From the NCBI RefSeq assembly GCF_009914755.1, contig NC_060931.1: a stretch of 64,000 nucleotides of DNA; one strand, given 5' to 3'. The notes beneath the pieces were generated by a model that worked only from the letters and a program-made list of their open reading frames with translations, ran no database searches and had not been told where the DNA came from. Numbering within the stretch: the stretch's first letter is position 1; every line of letters begins with the position of its first letter. This DNA comes from the human T2T-CHM13v2.0 reference genome, Homo sapiens. Position numbers and translations under genes: made by a program. This document shows positions 1 to 14,642 of this stretch, piece by piece.

Positions 1-84
1 AGCTTCTTCTTGAAGTTTGCTGATAGTTCTGTTATAGCAGTCTTACTATCATCAGGATAAAAAAATTGTACTAAACTATTGTAA

Positions 85-436
<352 letters not shown>

Positions 437-2038
437 TCTATTACTACCTGTAAAATAAATCCTAATTCAAAAGTCGCCATGTGTATGTACATAGGAAATA
501 GTGCATTTGAACTGGCATTTACCTACTGGCATAACAAATTGCTCTTTGGAATAGATGTCTAGTCCCAAGTTAAGAAGAAAAGGGGACTCCTGTGTCCCAT
601 CCATAGTTTCTCATTAAGTCCAAGAGCCAATTGTGCTAAAGTAAATGAATATCTTCAAGCTAACCTATAAGGGGTGGTGGGAATATTAGTTGCTAGACCA
701 ACACTTAATCAAGAATCTCTCACACTGTCTAAGGGTGAATAGAACAACTAGACTTGTAGAGGATTGCTTAATCTTTTTATGAAAAAGTCATGTGCCAATT
801 AAGATTCTAGCCATACCTCCTTCAGGGTTTTCTTGACTTACTCAAGCTTTAGACAATGAAGTGGCTCAATAATCTTTTCTGTAATCCCTATGTCTAATGT
901 ATTAAGTATTCCTTAATTCAATTTGGTAGATTACCCTAATCGATTTTGTTTTCTGGTATTTAAACCTTTAGAATTTAATTATATTATACTGAATAGGATA
1001 CAAAGTAGGACTTGAGCTTAAAAGATGGCCTTTCATTTCACAGAAAAGAAATTTATATGTCAAGTATTTTGCTGTGGTATTCTCATTGACATAGCTGAGA
1101 TGATAATGTAACCAGTTCACGACGTCAGGATTGCTATGAGAGAACCCCGTTACTGGGTGCTTGATTTGCTCTTTTGGTTTATCCAAAGATACTGAGTTTG
1201 CTCTGACTGCCTCGGTTTTCTCCATTTTAACAAAGGCAAAAACCAACACTTTGTATTAAATAACCTAAACCTTGGCATTGAACTTGTCAAAAGAGAAAAT
1301 GACCTGAACATTAGAGCCAAGAAGATACTCTGTTGTATTTTACTTTGTTACTTAGGTATCTTTATTTATTCTTTACTTATATATTTCAAAAAGACATAGC
1401 CTTCCTTTATGGAAAAATTCATTTGTTATTATTTAAGTACAACAGATAGATAGATGCTCCAAAATTAAGTCTGAGTGTTTTCTTTGCCTGCAGAACTGAC
1501 AGTTTGCTTGGCTTATGCTGATAATCCCCAAAAAAGTCGCTTGTGTCTTGAACATCCATAGGAAATAAAACTGTAGTTCCGGGCAGTGTCGATAAGAAAG
1601 CAAACTTTACACCTTCACTTAGGGGTTGAGAAAGAGAATGAGCTATTGATTCCACTCTGAACTTTAGATGGCCATATCACATCTGAAACCAGTCATTTCG
1701 TGGTGGGCAGTATTAAACCCGACTTTGTCTTATGACTTTACAAATTAGCGAATTATGTTGTTATGATAAGAGAACCCAACAAAAGTATCTGAGTTTGGAA
1801 CATCAATTTTCAGGATGTTATATATTTGAGAACACTTCTCCACTGCTCCTCTAACTCCTCTAGCCTACCTAACTTTAATAGCCAGGCCTCCTTCCTACCT
1901 ATTTCCTTCCCCCTTCACAAGAAGCACCTATTAAGGAATCAAGAAAAAAAAAAGGATGACACTTACTTTCGGAATAAAGTAATATAGTCTCTACTATTTC
2001 TGCTTTCACACAGATTTGCCCTCCTTTCTGGCACGATT

Positions 2039-2059
2039 ACACATACACACACACACACA
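2039..2059. repeat. (CA)n microsatellite, short and interrupted
   Basis: acacatacacacacacacaca. Confidence 0.85.
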
Positions 2060-2112
2060 TGCAGATATACTTACGTATGCACACATGCAGGTATGCTTAG
2101 AATTTAGCATTA

Positions 2113-2410
2113 GGCTGGGTGCATTGGCTCACACCTGTAACCCCAGCACTTTGGGAGGCTGAGGTGGGAGGATTGCTTGAGCCCCAGGAGTTTGAGACCA
2201 GCCTGGGCAACATAGCAAGACCCTGTATTTACAAAAAAATAAAATAATTAACCAGGTTTGGTGGCACATGCCCGTGGCCCAACTACTTGGGAGGCTGAGG
2301 CAGGAGGATCACTGGAGCCCAGGAATTCAAGACTGCAGTGAGCTATGATTGTGCCACTGCACTACAGCTTGAGTGACAGAGTAAGACCTGTCTCAAAAAA
2401 AAAAAAAAAA
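2113..2410 (+). mobile_element. AluJ
   Basis: J-type diagnostics (ggaggattgcttgagcc, ctgggcaacatagcaagacc), poly-A tail, degraded TSD gaa(t/c)tt(a/g)gcatt. Confidence 0.95.
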
Positions 2411-2452
2411 GGAACTTGGCATTTGCAATCCTGAACCTACTTTAACCCAAGG

Positions 2453-2817
2453 TAATATGGTTTGGCTCTGTGTTTCCACCCATATTTCATCTTTTAGCTT
2501 CCATAATTCCCATGTGTTATAGGAGGGACCCAGTGGGAGATGATTGAATCATGGGGACAGGTCTTTCCAGCACTGTTCTCATGATAGTGAATGGCTGTCA
2601 GAAGATCTGATGGTTTTAAAAATGGGAGTTTCTCTCCAGAAGCTCTCTTTTTGCCTGCTGCTATCCATATAAGATGTGACTTTCTCCCCTTGCCTTCCAC
2701 CATGATTGTGAAGCCTCCCCAGCCATATGGAACTCTAAGTCCAATAAACCTCTTTCTTTTGTAAATTGCCCAGTCTTGGGTATGTCTTTATCAGCCATAT
2801 GAAAATGGACTAACACA
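2453..2817 (+). mobile_element. THE1B-like MaLR solo LTR
   Basis: Starts taatatggtttggctctgtg, ends ggactaacaca, contains AATAAA; 5-bp TSD caagg on both sides. Confidence 0.93.
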
Positions 2818-2944
2818 CAAGGTAACCACAACTCAGGGCTTAAAACTTCTGGACACCAGTGTAGTTGGAAGATATAGAGAGGAAGCTGAAGAGAAATGAG
2901 AGGCAGCCTTGGAACTCGTTCCTCTCAGATAAGGGGGAACTGCT

Positions 2945-3300
2945 ATAGTTGTACTCATGGGTATGACTACAGCAAAAGGATACAAAGCAAAGTCAGCAAA
3001 AGGAAACGTGCATGAGATGAAGTCCAGAGGAAACCAAACACAAGCTTCCAAGAGACTCCCACTGGAGTCCACAGAACACACTTAATTCCCCCAGCTATTA
3101 GTTGTGGCATCATGTGTGAAATGCTGTCTACAACAGAGGCTCACTAGAGACTCAGCACCCAAGGTTTTATTGGGTACTGGTCACAAAGGCAGCCCCTACC
3201 AGGCATGCACCCAAAACCCAGACTCCCAGAAGAAAGGCAGTTGTTTAGCACAAACCACATTGTTTGTACCAACAGTTCAGCATAGTGGGGCATTCTTATT
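2945..3300 (-). mobile_element. MER21-family LTR fragment
   Basis: acagcaaaaggatacaaagcaaagtcagcaaaagg...cacaagcttcc...ttaattccccc resembles MER21 consensus (from memory); boundaries approximate. Confidence 0.7.
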
Positions 3301-3550
3301 AATCAGTTAACCCTCCTGAAATCTAACTTGGTGGGCCAGCCATGGGAAGCACTTCTCCAGCACAAGGATGCTGCCTCTCTCCTTCCCCTGCTCCCCAAAC
3401 CCTTCTCCACACTCTTTTCCCTCTCCCTTCCATAGAAGTATTAAGAAGATGTGGGAACATCCAGATCTTCAACCTCACACCACCCTGCATCACACTCCTG
3501 ACACCATCATACTCCACTTCCACCTGGCTTTGTCCTGCCTCTTCTAATTC

Positions 3551-3838
3551 TTTTGTTTTTTTTTTTTTTTTGAGATGGAATCTTGCTCTGTCACCCAGGC
3601 TGCAGTGCAGTGGTGCAACCTCAGCTCACTGCAAGCTCCTGCCATTCTCCTGCCTCAGCATCCCAGGTAGCTGGGACTACAGGCGCCCGCCACCATGCCC
3701 AGCTAATTTTTTGTATTTTTAGTAGAGATAGGGTTTCACCATGTTAGCCAGGATGGTCACAATCTCCTGACCTCGTGATCTGCCCACCTTGGCCTCCCAA
3801 AGTGCTGGGATTACAGGCATGAGCCACTGTGCCCGGCC
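3551..3838 (-). mobile_element. AluY-type with small internal deletion
   Basis: Y diagnostics gcaagctcc, gttagccaggatggtc, gacctcgtgatc; about 15 nt missing after gcaagctcc. Confidence 0.93.
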
Positions 3839-4289
3839 TCCCTGTCCGAATTCTTAGAGAAGGAAAAGAAAAAAGACTGTGCTCTTTTCCCTTGAGCTGA
3901 TCCTTTGTATCTCATGGCCTGCAGTTTCTGCTGCATCCATTCCCCGGGCAGCACCAGCTACATAATTTGCAAAGTCCAGTGAAAATGCAAATGCAGGACC
4001 ATTTGTATTGTGAATTTTAAAAGAGAGACAATAAACCAGGTGCCAGGCCCTTCTGAGGCTGTGAGGGTCACACACCTATGTTTCTACGTGCTAGCGAAAG
4101 CACAAGGTCAACCCTAGATTCTGAATATCACTGGGGCATGGCAGACCTTGCAGATGTGGATCTGCAAGCTTGGTTTCTCTAATAGCTTTGAACCACAAGA
4201 AACATTTATGTGATGAAAACCAAACTATATATGGCAAAAATATTTAACACAGGGGCTTCTTATATGTACTGGCAAACCATATCATATTA

Positions 4290-4462
4290 TTGAGTTTTCC
4301 CTAAACTTGATTACAGAAATTACCTGGGGTTCTTATCAACATGCAGATTCCCACACAGCTCCCCTAGAGATTTTGATTTGGATTCTCCAGAGTGGAGCCC
4401 AGTAACCTGTTTTTAAGAAGTTTTCTAGAATATTTTTCTGACAGGGAAAGTGTAGAAACTTA
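4290..4462. mobile_element. MER5-like hAT-Charlie MITE (degraded)
   Basis: attacctgggg...atgcagattccc...agagattttgattt pattern. Confidence 0.6.
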
Positions 4463-4695
4463 GGCTCAGAATATTTGGGGGCAGACAGGCCTATGCTGAA
4501 ATTCTCCATTTATCAGCAGTGTGACATTGGGAAAGTTATTTAATTTCACTAAGCTTCAATTTCCTCATCTGTAAAATAGAAATAATTGTGCTAGTACAAA
4601 AGGTTGCTATGGGAATAAAATGAGACAAATGTCTGTAAAGAACTTAGAACAGTGACTGCTACAGTAAGCTGTCAGTAATCGTAGTTATAAATATT
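4463..4695 (+). mobile_element. MIR
   Basis: Core gtgtgacattgggaaagttatttaa...tttcctcatctgtaaaat. Confidence 0.88.
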
Positions 4696-4879
4696 ACAGA
4701 AAAAGAGTAGAACTCATTTAAAACCCTCAGTTTTGTAATACTAGATGAATTAAGCTTAAATGCAAATTGCTAAAGGCAACAGTTATTTCTGTCAAATTAA
4801 ACTCATTCAGAAATAATAAATTACAATCTGAAGTGAACAAAAGGCTCAATCAGTCATCAATGGTAAACATTTTGAGCAC

Positions 4880-5231
4880 TGCTATGGTCTGTTTTTGTCT
4901 TTCCAAAATTTATATGTTGAAACCTAATCACCCACATGACAATATCAGGAGGTGGGGCTCTGGGAGGCAATTAGGTCATGAGGCCACTCCCATTAATGGG
5001 ATTAGTACCCTTGTAAAAGAGACCCCAGAGAGCTTATTGGCCCTTTCTGCCATGAGAGACTTCAGCTGGAAGGCACGATCCATAAGCCAAAAAGTAGACC
5101 TTCATCAGATATCAAATCTGCCTTAATCTTGGACTTCCCAGCCTCCAGGACTGTAAGAAATAAATTTCTGTTTTTCATAAGCTACCCAGTTTACGATATT
5201 TTGTTATAGGCAGCCCAGACACACTAAGACA
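4880..5231 (+). mobile_element. MLT1A0-like MaLR solo LTR
   Basis: tgctatggtctg...actaagaca, AATAAA; perfect TSD agcac. Confidence 0.92.
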
Positions 5232-5297
5232 AGCACCTTGTGTTGGCAGTGTCACGATGCCTCCGTTCTTGTCTTCTTAGTTTAAAAGAATTTAAAC

Positions 5298-5597
5298 AGC
5301 TGGGTGTGGTGGCTCAGGCCTGTAATCCCAGCACTTTGGGAGGCCGAGGCGGGTGGATGACCTGAGGTTGGGAGTTCAAGACCAGCCTGACCAACATGGA
5401 GAAACCCCGTCTCTATTTAAAAAAAATACTGAATTAGCTGGGCGTGGTGGCACATGCCTGTAATCCCAGCTGCTTGGGAGGCTGAGGCAGGAGAATCGCT
5501 TGAACCGGGAGGCGGAGGTTGTGGTGAGCCGAGATCACGCCATTGCACTCCAGCCTGGGCAACAAGAGCAAAACTCTGTCTCAAAAAAAAAAAAAAA
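5298..5597 (+). mobile_element. AluSp inserted in LTR9
   Basis: Sp diagnostics ctgaccaacatggagaaacc, gggcaacaagagc; TSD aatttaaaca. Confidence 0.95.
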
Positions 5598-6105
5598 TTT
5601 AAACAAGAGACGCACAGTGAAGCGGGTGCAGCATAATTTATTGCAAAAGAAAAAGAATACTTTGAAAGTTAAGTGCAGAATAGACAGGATGCTCTGAGAG
5701 AGAGAGGAGTCAGGGTGGGCTGCCGGGGAGGATGAGACAGAAAAGATTGGCGGGAGGGAGACTCCCCTTATGGGAGTCTTACCTGATTATTCCTAAGGAG
5801 GTGAAAAGAGGTGTTACCAGTAAGCATGTTCTGGGTGGTTCTCTGGGTGCACATGCGCAGTAGCCGCACATGCGTGTTCATACGTCTCATGTCTCATTAA
5901 CATCTTAAATCTCCACCTAGGGGTGTATTTTATACCATTATAATGAACAAAGGGTCAGTCTGAGGACGGATGAAATCAAAGTGCGCATACTCTCTACAGG
6001 GGGAGTCCCTAATGAAGATAGCTTTGCTTGAACGAGCTCAATTACCAAGCGAATGCTGGGGCTTATTGTATTGACTGTGTGGTCACCACGGTTGCTGCGT
6101 CCTAA

Positions 6106-6447
<342 letters not shown>

Positions 6448-7109
6448 TGACTACCTATCCTGCCTCATTGATAGCAGGCTACAGATACAGAGGCGTGACC
6501 GATGATTTTTGCAATCAAGGAATTGATCATCTATTTCAGGATAAGTTAGAGAGGTGAGAAGATGCATCTCTTTAAAAGGAAACACATAAAGGTTAAAGGG
6601 CAAAGCAAAGAGAATGAGTAAAGACCATTTTCCGTGGGGATTGGTGGAGTGGGTAGAAGGCTTGAGCTGGAGAATATTAGACAATGATTAGCCAAACGTA
6701 AAGAAGCAAAAGTTTCCTGTAGAAAAATATGCAAACATACACAGTAAGCATTCAGTAAATACTTGAATGAGAAAATGAGACCTGAGTTGGAACCAGAAAA
6801 ACCGACAAATGCCAATAATCCCAGAGCTGAAGATAGTCTGTAGACAGTGGGGAGTTTGTTAGCCAGAAATAGGAGGGGTGAGTGGGAAATCTTTAATTAA
6901 AATAAAACCTTTAATCTTTAATTAAAATATTAAACTCTTCACTTGTGCTTAGTTGCAGAGATCTATGCCTATGTAGTTTTTTAAACAAATAAAACAAACA
7001 TTGCCAATAAAATGATGTAATTCAATAAAGGGCTTACAGTAGGTTCCACATCCAACAACGCTATACTGAAAATACACAATTAAAACTTATTGTTATATTC
7101 TCATTATAG

Positions 7110-7435
<326 letters not shown>

Positions 7436-7575
7436 TCATTTTAGACAAGCCTTTCTTAATTGTGTAAGAATGCTTGGAAAAAAGTAGTATTTTACTATTT
7501 TTAATAAATCTGTAAAATTATTGATGACTGCTAGCTTTTCTGTTTTGCTTCATTTATAAGTGAATGAACAGTGAT

Positions 7576-8047
7576 TGTTGTGGGTTGAATAACATTCCCC
7601 AAAAGAGATGTTGAAGTCGTATCCCCTCATGCCTGTGAATATGATCTTGTAGGAAATAGGGTCTTTATAGATATAATCAAGTCAAGATGAGGCCATACTG
7701 AATTGGGGTGGGCCCTAACCCTATATGACCGGTGCCTTATAAGAAGAGAAAGCGCACACACACACACTCTCACACACGGGGAGAACACTATGAAAAAATG
7801 GAGGTAGAAGTTGCAATTTTGCAGTTGCCCTGCCTTAAGCCAAGGAACATGAAGGATTGCCGGCTACTGCCAGAGCCTGGGAGAGAGGCACGGGTGAACA
7901 TTCTCCCTCAGAATCTGCAGAAGAAATGAGCCCTGCCAACTTGGACTGTGGATTTCTACCCCCAGTACTGTGGGAGAATAAATTTCTGTTGATTTGAGCC
8001 ACCCAGTTTTTGGTACTTTGTTAAAGTAGCCTGAGGAGCCTAATACA
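7576..8047 (+). mobile_element. MLT1C-like MaLR solo LTR
   Basis: tgttgtgggttgaat...ggaaatagggtcttt...ctaataca; TSD gtgat/gtgac. Confidence 0.9.
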
Positions 8048-8394
8048 GTGACTTCCTAATCAAAGAATGTGGAGGCGCAATTCAAGTGGTCTTTTCAACT
8101 CCAAGAGGATTGGGCTGTGTTTGTTATGGTTAAAGGACCATTAGCAGTTGTTGAAAGGATAAAGGGAAGGTACTTCAGTCTGATGCGGAGTCAGTGAGGA
8201 CACCCACCGCTCCCCTGCAGAGCAGTGTCTTGAGAGAGAAAGGGTTCTCCTCTCTGTAGGAGAAGCAAGCTCCATTCCTGGTGCTCCTCTGTATGATGGG
8301 CATGGCTACCTATGCCTGCCCTCCAGAGGGGAAGAAGCCTTTGTGTTTAGGACCCCGGGATGATGTTGACAGCTATGATCACATAATAATAATT

Positions 8395-8640
8395 GTATGA
8401 TAATGATTGCAGATAACATCTGTTGCGTATCTACCATGTGTCAGATCTAGTTAAGCACTTCACAAATCAACTCATTTAATCCTCGCAAGTATATAGTCCA
8501 TGAAGGTCATATTATTACCCTTATTTTACAGACGTGAAAACCATGATAGAGATTCAGTAATTTGCTCCAAGTGACACAGTGAATGACAGAGCTGGAATCT
8601 AACCCAGGCAAATTGGCTCCAAAGCCCATACTTTCAGCCT
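8395..8640 (-). mobile_element. MIR
   Basis: ctcatttaatcctc...cccttattttacagacgtgaaaac antisense core. Confidence 0.85.
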
Positions 8641-8789
8641 TTACAGTTTAGCAAGGCTGCACCAGACCCCAACAAAAACTAGTTCTTTTGTATAACAAGA
8701 GAAAGATTCCCTGGCTGAATTCTAGCAGACTAGATTCCTCAGTGCCATTACGGGCTGAGGACTTACAAACATGAGGAAAAGATAATGGC

Positions 8790-9226
8790 TAGTTTGGTTT
8801 TCTAGGTCTGCCTTAGCAAATTACCACAAACTTGGTGGCTTAAACTAGAGCGACTTCTCTCAACAGTTCTGGAGCCAGAAGTTCAAAGTCAAGCATCAGC
8901 AGGGCCACATCCCTCTGAAGGATCTGGGGGAGGATCCCCTTCTTGACTTTTCCAGATTCTGGGGGCTCACGGCAGCCCTTGGCTTATGGCAGCAAAACTC
9001 CCAACTCTGCCTGTCTCCACAAGGATTTCATTGTGTGTTCAAGTGTCCTTTCTGTCTCATGTCAGGAAAGTCTCATTGGATTTAGGACCCACGCTAATTT
9101 AGTATGATCTCAAGTGATCCTTAGCTTAATTACATCTGCAAATACCCAGTTTCCAAATTAGGTCACACTCTGAGGTTCTGGGTGGACATGAATTTGGGAA
9201 TGGGGAATGATATTCAACCTGCTACA
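8790..9226 (-). mobile_element. MLT1C-like MaLR solo LTR
   Basis: caaattaccacaaacttggtggcttaaa...attcaacctgctaca; perfect TSD atggc. Confidence 0.88.
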
Positions 9227-10779
9227 ATGGCCAAGAAACATCTACCTAGTTCAAAAGAGAACAGGATCTACTGGAAAGCTTCTCAGCTCTTGGAGCCCCA
9301 CAACTGTGTCTCCTGGGTCCTAGCCTTCAGCCTGGCTCTCAGCACAGCTCTTTGCGGATAACATGGCTCTACACTGCGTCGAACAGATTTGGTGGCAGTG
9401 ACTCACCTAGCAGAGTTCTCAGCAGCCCACCTGGAAGGTCCCATCACATTGTTGTTATTGCAGATAGCACTTTCACTGTTACTCAATTTTTTTTCTAGTA
9501 TCTTGTGAACAATGTGTTTCAAAGTATAGGACGACTTGGTGGTTAATGTCACAAAAGCAATCATTGGAGTTGTCAATCACAGAATGACATTACATAAAAG
9601 AATTAGGACTCTTCTTGCTCAAGATGCTTTATACATGAGCATAAATTGAGAGTTATGTATATTTGGATAGTAGAAAAGCTATACATTAATGTGCATCTTA
9701 ATGAGGATGATTTTCTTCTTTTGATAACCAATGTGTCTATGAAGCCATCTAGCTAGGTACTGGTGAGAAAAATGTTTCAAATAAAGTATTTTTATTGGAG
9801 CATATAAAAGAGTTACAAAAATATTTCTGTAAAATTTTCTGGTCTATTTTTTTCAGGTTGGTACTTTTTAATGGTTTAGCTGTTAAATAAGCTTCATCTA
9901 TTAACTTGTATTCAGAAATAAGCTTAATTATTCATCAATTCATGCTCACCTTATATTTTATGGTTTTCCAAATGGATGATATCTTCTATGTCTGTACATT
10001 TTTTATTAAACATAAGTCATTTTATGCCCATAAAGCTTATTCCTGAAAAAATTATTTTGCTACTAAAAAAGATCATTAAGTTCACAAATTTTCTCTCCAT
10101 GGCTTGATGCTGCTATCTTTCTGCACCATAATTAGTTGCATGTATAGTTAATTATTATGAGAAAAGCAGAACATCTCCCAATTTCTACAAGATACTTAGA
10201 GTTTGATGGTTTAACTATGTTTTCTCCTTCATTTCTCCCATCCACCCTCCAGCCACGTGTATTTTCATGGTAGGAAGATGATAAGCATACGCTTTTTCAA
10301 AATGACAGCAAAATGTTCATCAGGAACTTCATAAAGCTTTGATAGACTGAATATATATTTAGAACCAGCATTTCAATGGCTCTTTACCTTTTCTTAAGAA
10401 TTTCCTTATCTATGACCCTCATTGCTAGAAAAAAAATGCGCACTTTTATATAAACACAACATTTTTCATATAATTTTAAAGAGATTTGAAACCCTCTGAA
10501 GGCTATATGTAGTCCCCATGCCAAGAATGCCAGATTTGGGAACCAACATTTCTTATCCATTTATAATGCTAATTAATTATTTCTCTTAAAAAATACTCTA
10601 GTTAGCCTGTAAAATTCATTTAGATGACACATTTAATTTTGCCCAAAACCTTGATTTTTTTGGAGGAAAAAATAATGTAAGAAAATACATTATTTTAGGT
10701 TAGGATCTTTAAATTCTCACAGTCAACCACCATGGTTTCTTTGTACGACCTAAGCTCATTCACTGGTGGGCAAGTGTTT

Positions 10780-10872
10780 TGGGGACCAGGAGTGGATCTG
10801 ATTCATCTCTGTATCTGCCACAGAGCCTAGCATGATGGTTTAGACATGGAGGGAGCTCAAGTAATACTGTTA
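10780..10872 (+). mobile_element. L2 3' fragment
   Basis: ttcatctctgtatc...agagcctagcat...gagctcaagtaatac. Confidence 0.6.
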
Positions 10873-11849
10873 CCGGTACACTTGTTATTTAATTTTAAAA
10901 ATTAGGAATGGCTACTGTGTAAGTATATAAACATTTAAGTTCATAAATTTGTTTACAGTTGAACACAAAAAGGCCATTTGTGTTCAGATATGTGACCTGG
11001 GGAAGAAAGATGAAATGGGTATTTTGATCAGCACGGGGAGCAGTCAGTGGGCCTACAGAGAAGGCGATTAGAAAAGCCTTGTGCTGACAGTGCAGGTTCT
11101 ATGATATGGAAAGAACTAGTGAGGAAGATGCACATGCTTAGTAGCTCCTAGGAAGAGTTCTCAAGGAGCATCAACCTCTATGTGTCCTTCCCAAGGAAGC
11201 AGTGGGCCCTAGATTGGAGGAATTCAGGATAAAACACACAGTCCTGCTAACCATTTCTTATCCCAGTCACCTGAAGGGATGAGATCAGAATTACTAGGGA
11301 AAGACTTTGCAGTGGGATAGATATGCTTCCAAGGTACTTCTCCCAGCCCCTAATACTTCCTGTTTGCTAATGCTTAAAATCTCTCTAACCTAAAATCTCC
11401 CTAACCTAACCTTTCATTTTAACATTAGAGGAAAAAAAATTTGCTAAATATTGACTGAAATTTATTCACCCTAAATTTAATCACAAAAGTACAAGAGCAA
11501 GCATACTTCCTCTCTGATTCCGTGAATGAGAAGTATTGAGGAGCCAAGGTTGGAGAAGGGGTTACCATTGAGAATCGGAGAGGGCACCAGAGGTCAAGAC
11601 TGGGGAAAAAGACAAATTGAAAAGACATTCTATCTTTCCCTAGGATTGTTCCAATTATCAATCCTATTAGATAAGCATATGTAGAAACCTGGTATAAAAG
11701 AAATTATTTTGTATGGCTAACCACTCTCCTTCAAAAAACTTCACAATTTGTTAAGTTTAGATAAAGATTTATCCTCTTGTTTGATTAGTTTCCTTAGAAA
11801 TAAATTTCATTCTTAGGGGTTTCACTAATTAAGATAAATAGACAATTAG

Positions 11850-11965
11850 CCTCTTGGCAGCAGAAGCTACTTCTTATTTATCTCTGTATTCCCAATGCCT
11901 AGGCCAGTGCCTAGCATAAATATTGTGCTTAATCAGGATTATAATATGTATATTTCTTGAATGAA
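11850..11965 (+). mobile_element. L2 3' fragment
   Basis: tatctctgtattcccaatgcctaggccagtgcctagcata...tgaatgaa. Confidence 0.6.
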
Positions 11966-13075
11966 GATAACAAAAATATCTATTACAACTCTAAGTGATT
12001 TATTAATTGATTTGAGAAAGGATTTATGTTAACTTACAAAAGTTCATTCAATAAGAGGTTACATCAAATATTTAAATCATTGCAAGAGGAAATTAGAAGT
12101 AAAGCCAATGAAATGAAGTTATATAGCTAATAAATCAATTTTTCTTAGTTGTAATAAGTATACAAAATCTTTCTGCATGTAATGTGTATGCTATCAGCTT
12201 AATATAGGCATGTTTTAAACCATGATAAAGAAAATATTCCAATATCTCAAATTCTTTCAGAATTATGCCAACCCTAGAACACAGTTTCTAGTATGTGATT
12301 AAGCCTTCTATTTTTTAAAAAAGTATTTCTCAATTGACTGCTTTACATAAATCATATAGGTGTAAATTTGAATTATTACTACATAAATTTTTCTTAGATT
12401 TATGACAGAATTAAAATAGCCTTTTAAGTCTTAAAAATATTAATAAGAAAAGCTCAATTATGTGAACACAGCTAATAATACATTCATTCTGGCAGGCATT
12501 GTGCAAAGTTTTCAATGAATATGAATATCTTTATGAAATATGAGAAGCTTTGTTCATTTACATACAAGTTCCTTAGTCTCCTACATTAATTATTTTTTCT
12601 CATTTTTTCATGTGGAACCTTTTCCAGTAAGTTCTCATAAGACAACAAATGACCCAGTGGAGTACCTATTTAAAACATTATAAACAAAGAAAGCTTCTTT
12701 CTTCAGCCCTGTTCTTTAATATGTAATGAAAATGCTTCATCTTTCATTACAGAAATGTTTTATGTTCTAACCTCTTAACCTCATTATTATAGTTTGGTTA
12801 GATTTTTAAATAGAACTCGAGTTTTTCTCAGTGTTTCAGACAGGAAGAAAGGTGGAGTACCTGACAACCTGTTCCAGGAAAGAATGTTCAATAATCAAGC
12901 ATCTATCTCCTCTTCCTGAGTTAATCCAGTTAGCTTATGAGGCAAGCATGGGGGAGTTGCAAAGTAAATCAAGGTGCTGAATTCTACTCTCATCCTGATC
13001 CTAAATGGATTGAGTTTTGTTCTTTCTTATGTACTATCCCCATATTCACAGTTACAGACTCTGCAGGTCACTTGC

Positions 13076-13435
13076 TGTCTTTGTCATATTGGGATGCTCT
13101 AACATACCATAGACTGGGTGGCTTATAAACAACTGAAATTTGTATCTCCCAGGTCTGGAGACCAGAAGCCTGAGCCCAGGCTGGCAACAAGGTCAGGCTC
13201 TGGTGAGGGCACTCGTCTCGGTAGCAGTCTGCCAACTTCTCCTTATATCCTCCCAAGTGGGAAGAACCAGAGAGCTCGTTAGGGCCCCTTTTTATAAGGG
13301 CATTAATCCCACTCATGAGGGCTCCATCCTAAAGACCTAATAATCCCCAAAGGCCCCCCTTCTCATGCCATTACATTGGTGATTAGGGTTTTAGCATAGG
13401 AATTTGTGGGGGACACAGACATTCAGTTCATAGCA
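13076..13435 (-). mobile_element. MLT1A-like MaLR solo LTR
   Basis: taccatagactgggtggcttataaacaac...gacattcagttcatagca. Confidence 0.9.
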
Positions 13436-14339
13436 GTGGAAGATAAGGGGTGCTGTGCAGACATCATGGGCTCTATGTGTCACATAATGTAGCATCTCAT
13501 ACAGGGTAAACAATCGCCACTGTTATCTCTTCCCAAAGCCCTGCTGTGGGGTCTGCTCACCGGCCCTGCATCCAGTCAAGGAAGGGGAGGTGGAGAAGGG
13601 CACTTGAATGCTGAGTGGCACCGAGAGGAATGTGCAGATGTCATAAACTGGAAAATTGGGGCTAAAGGTGAAACAGCATCATACAAATGTCTTCCCTCCA
13701 AAAGCTCAATCTTATTTTAGAAATATATGATCCATGAGGACTTTATCATAAATTGGCCCAAAACAGCCAGTCAGCTACTGAGGGTCCTCATTTTCCAATG
13801 AGTGCATGTTTTGCTGCTTCAGTGGTCCAGCACGATTTGGAAGTATTATTGCTTTGTTACTGAAGAGACCTTTGTTTTGATTCAGTTGCCAATATTCTCT
13901 AAGATGGTTTAATGTGAGCCATGGTACTTAGGTGTAATCCTGTAAGGTTTCTTTTCCTGGGATTCACAGTCCCTGCTTTCAATAGAGTCTCACGAGGGTC
14001 TATGACCCTTCCAGACAGCACTGATTTCAAGTCTGTATCACTTTATAAAATCCTACACATAGTCGTGATCTTAGAAAAAAAATGGACACAATATAGAACA
14101 CAAAAAGATGAACCCATTACTAACAAATCTCCATATATCCATTGTATCTAAGTCATACTCTATGAGCCCAAAGGCTAATAAAAAAACAGGATCAGACCCA
14201 GGTACAGGGGCAACAGTGCCAACTTCTGAAAGCAGGGATATTGGTGTAGCGAAATAGAGAATATGAAAGAAAAAACAATACTCTGTGAGAAATAGCCTAG
14301 TAGCCTATACTTTATGCCAATAAGCTTTATAGTAAGTTC

Positions 14340-14642
<303 letters not shown>

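Noticed and set aside
968-1249. 93-aa minus-strand ORF
   Set aside because: No recognisable domain, no convincing splice sites, length expected by chance
2541-2551. DUX4 site position in THE1B
   Set aside because: Reads TGATTGAATCA rather than TAATTGAATCA, so binding cannot be claimed from sequence
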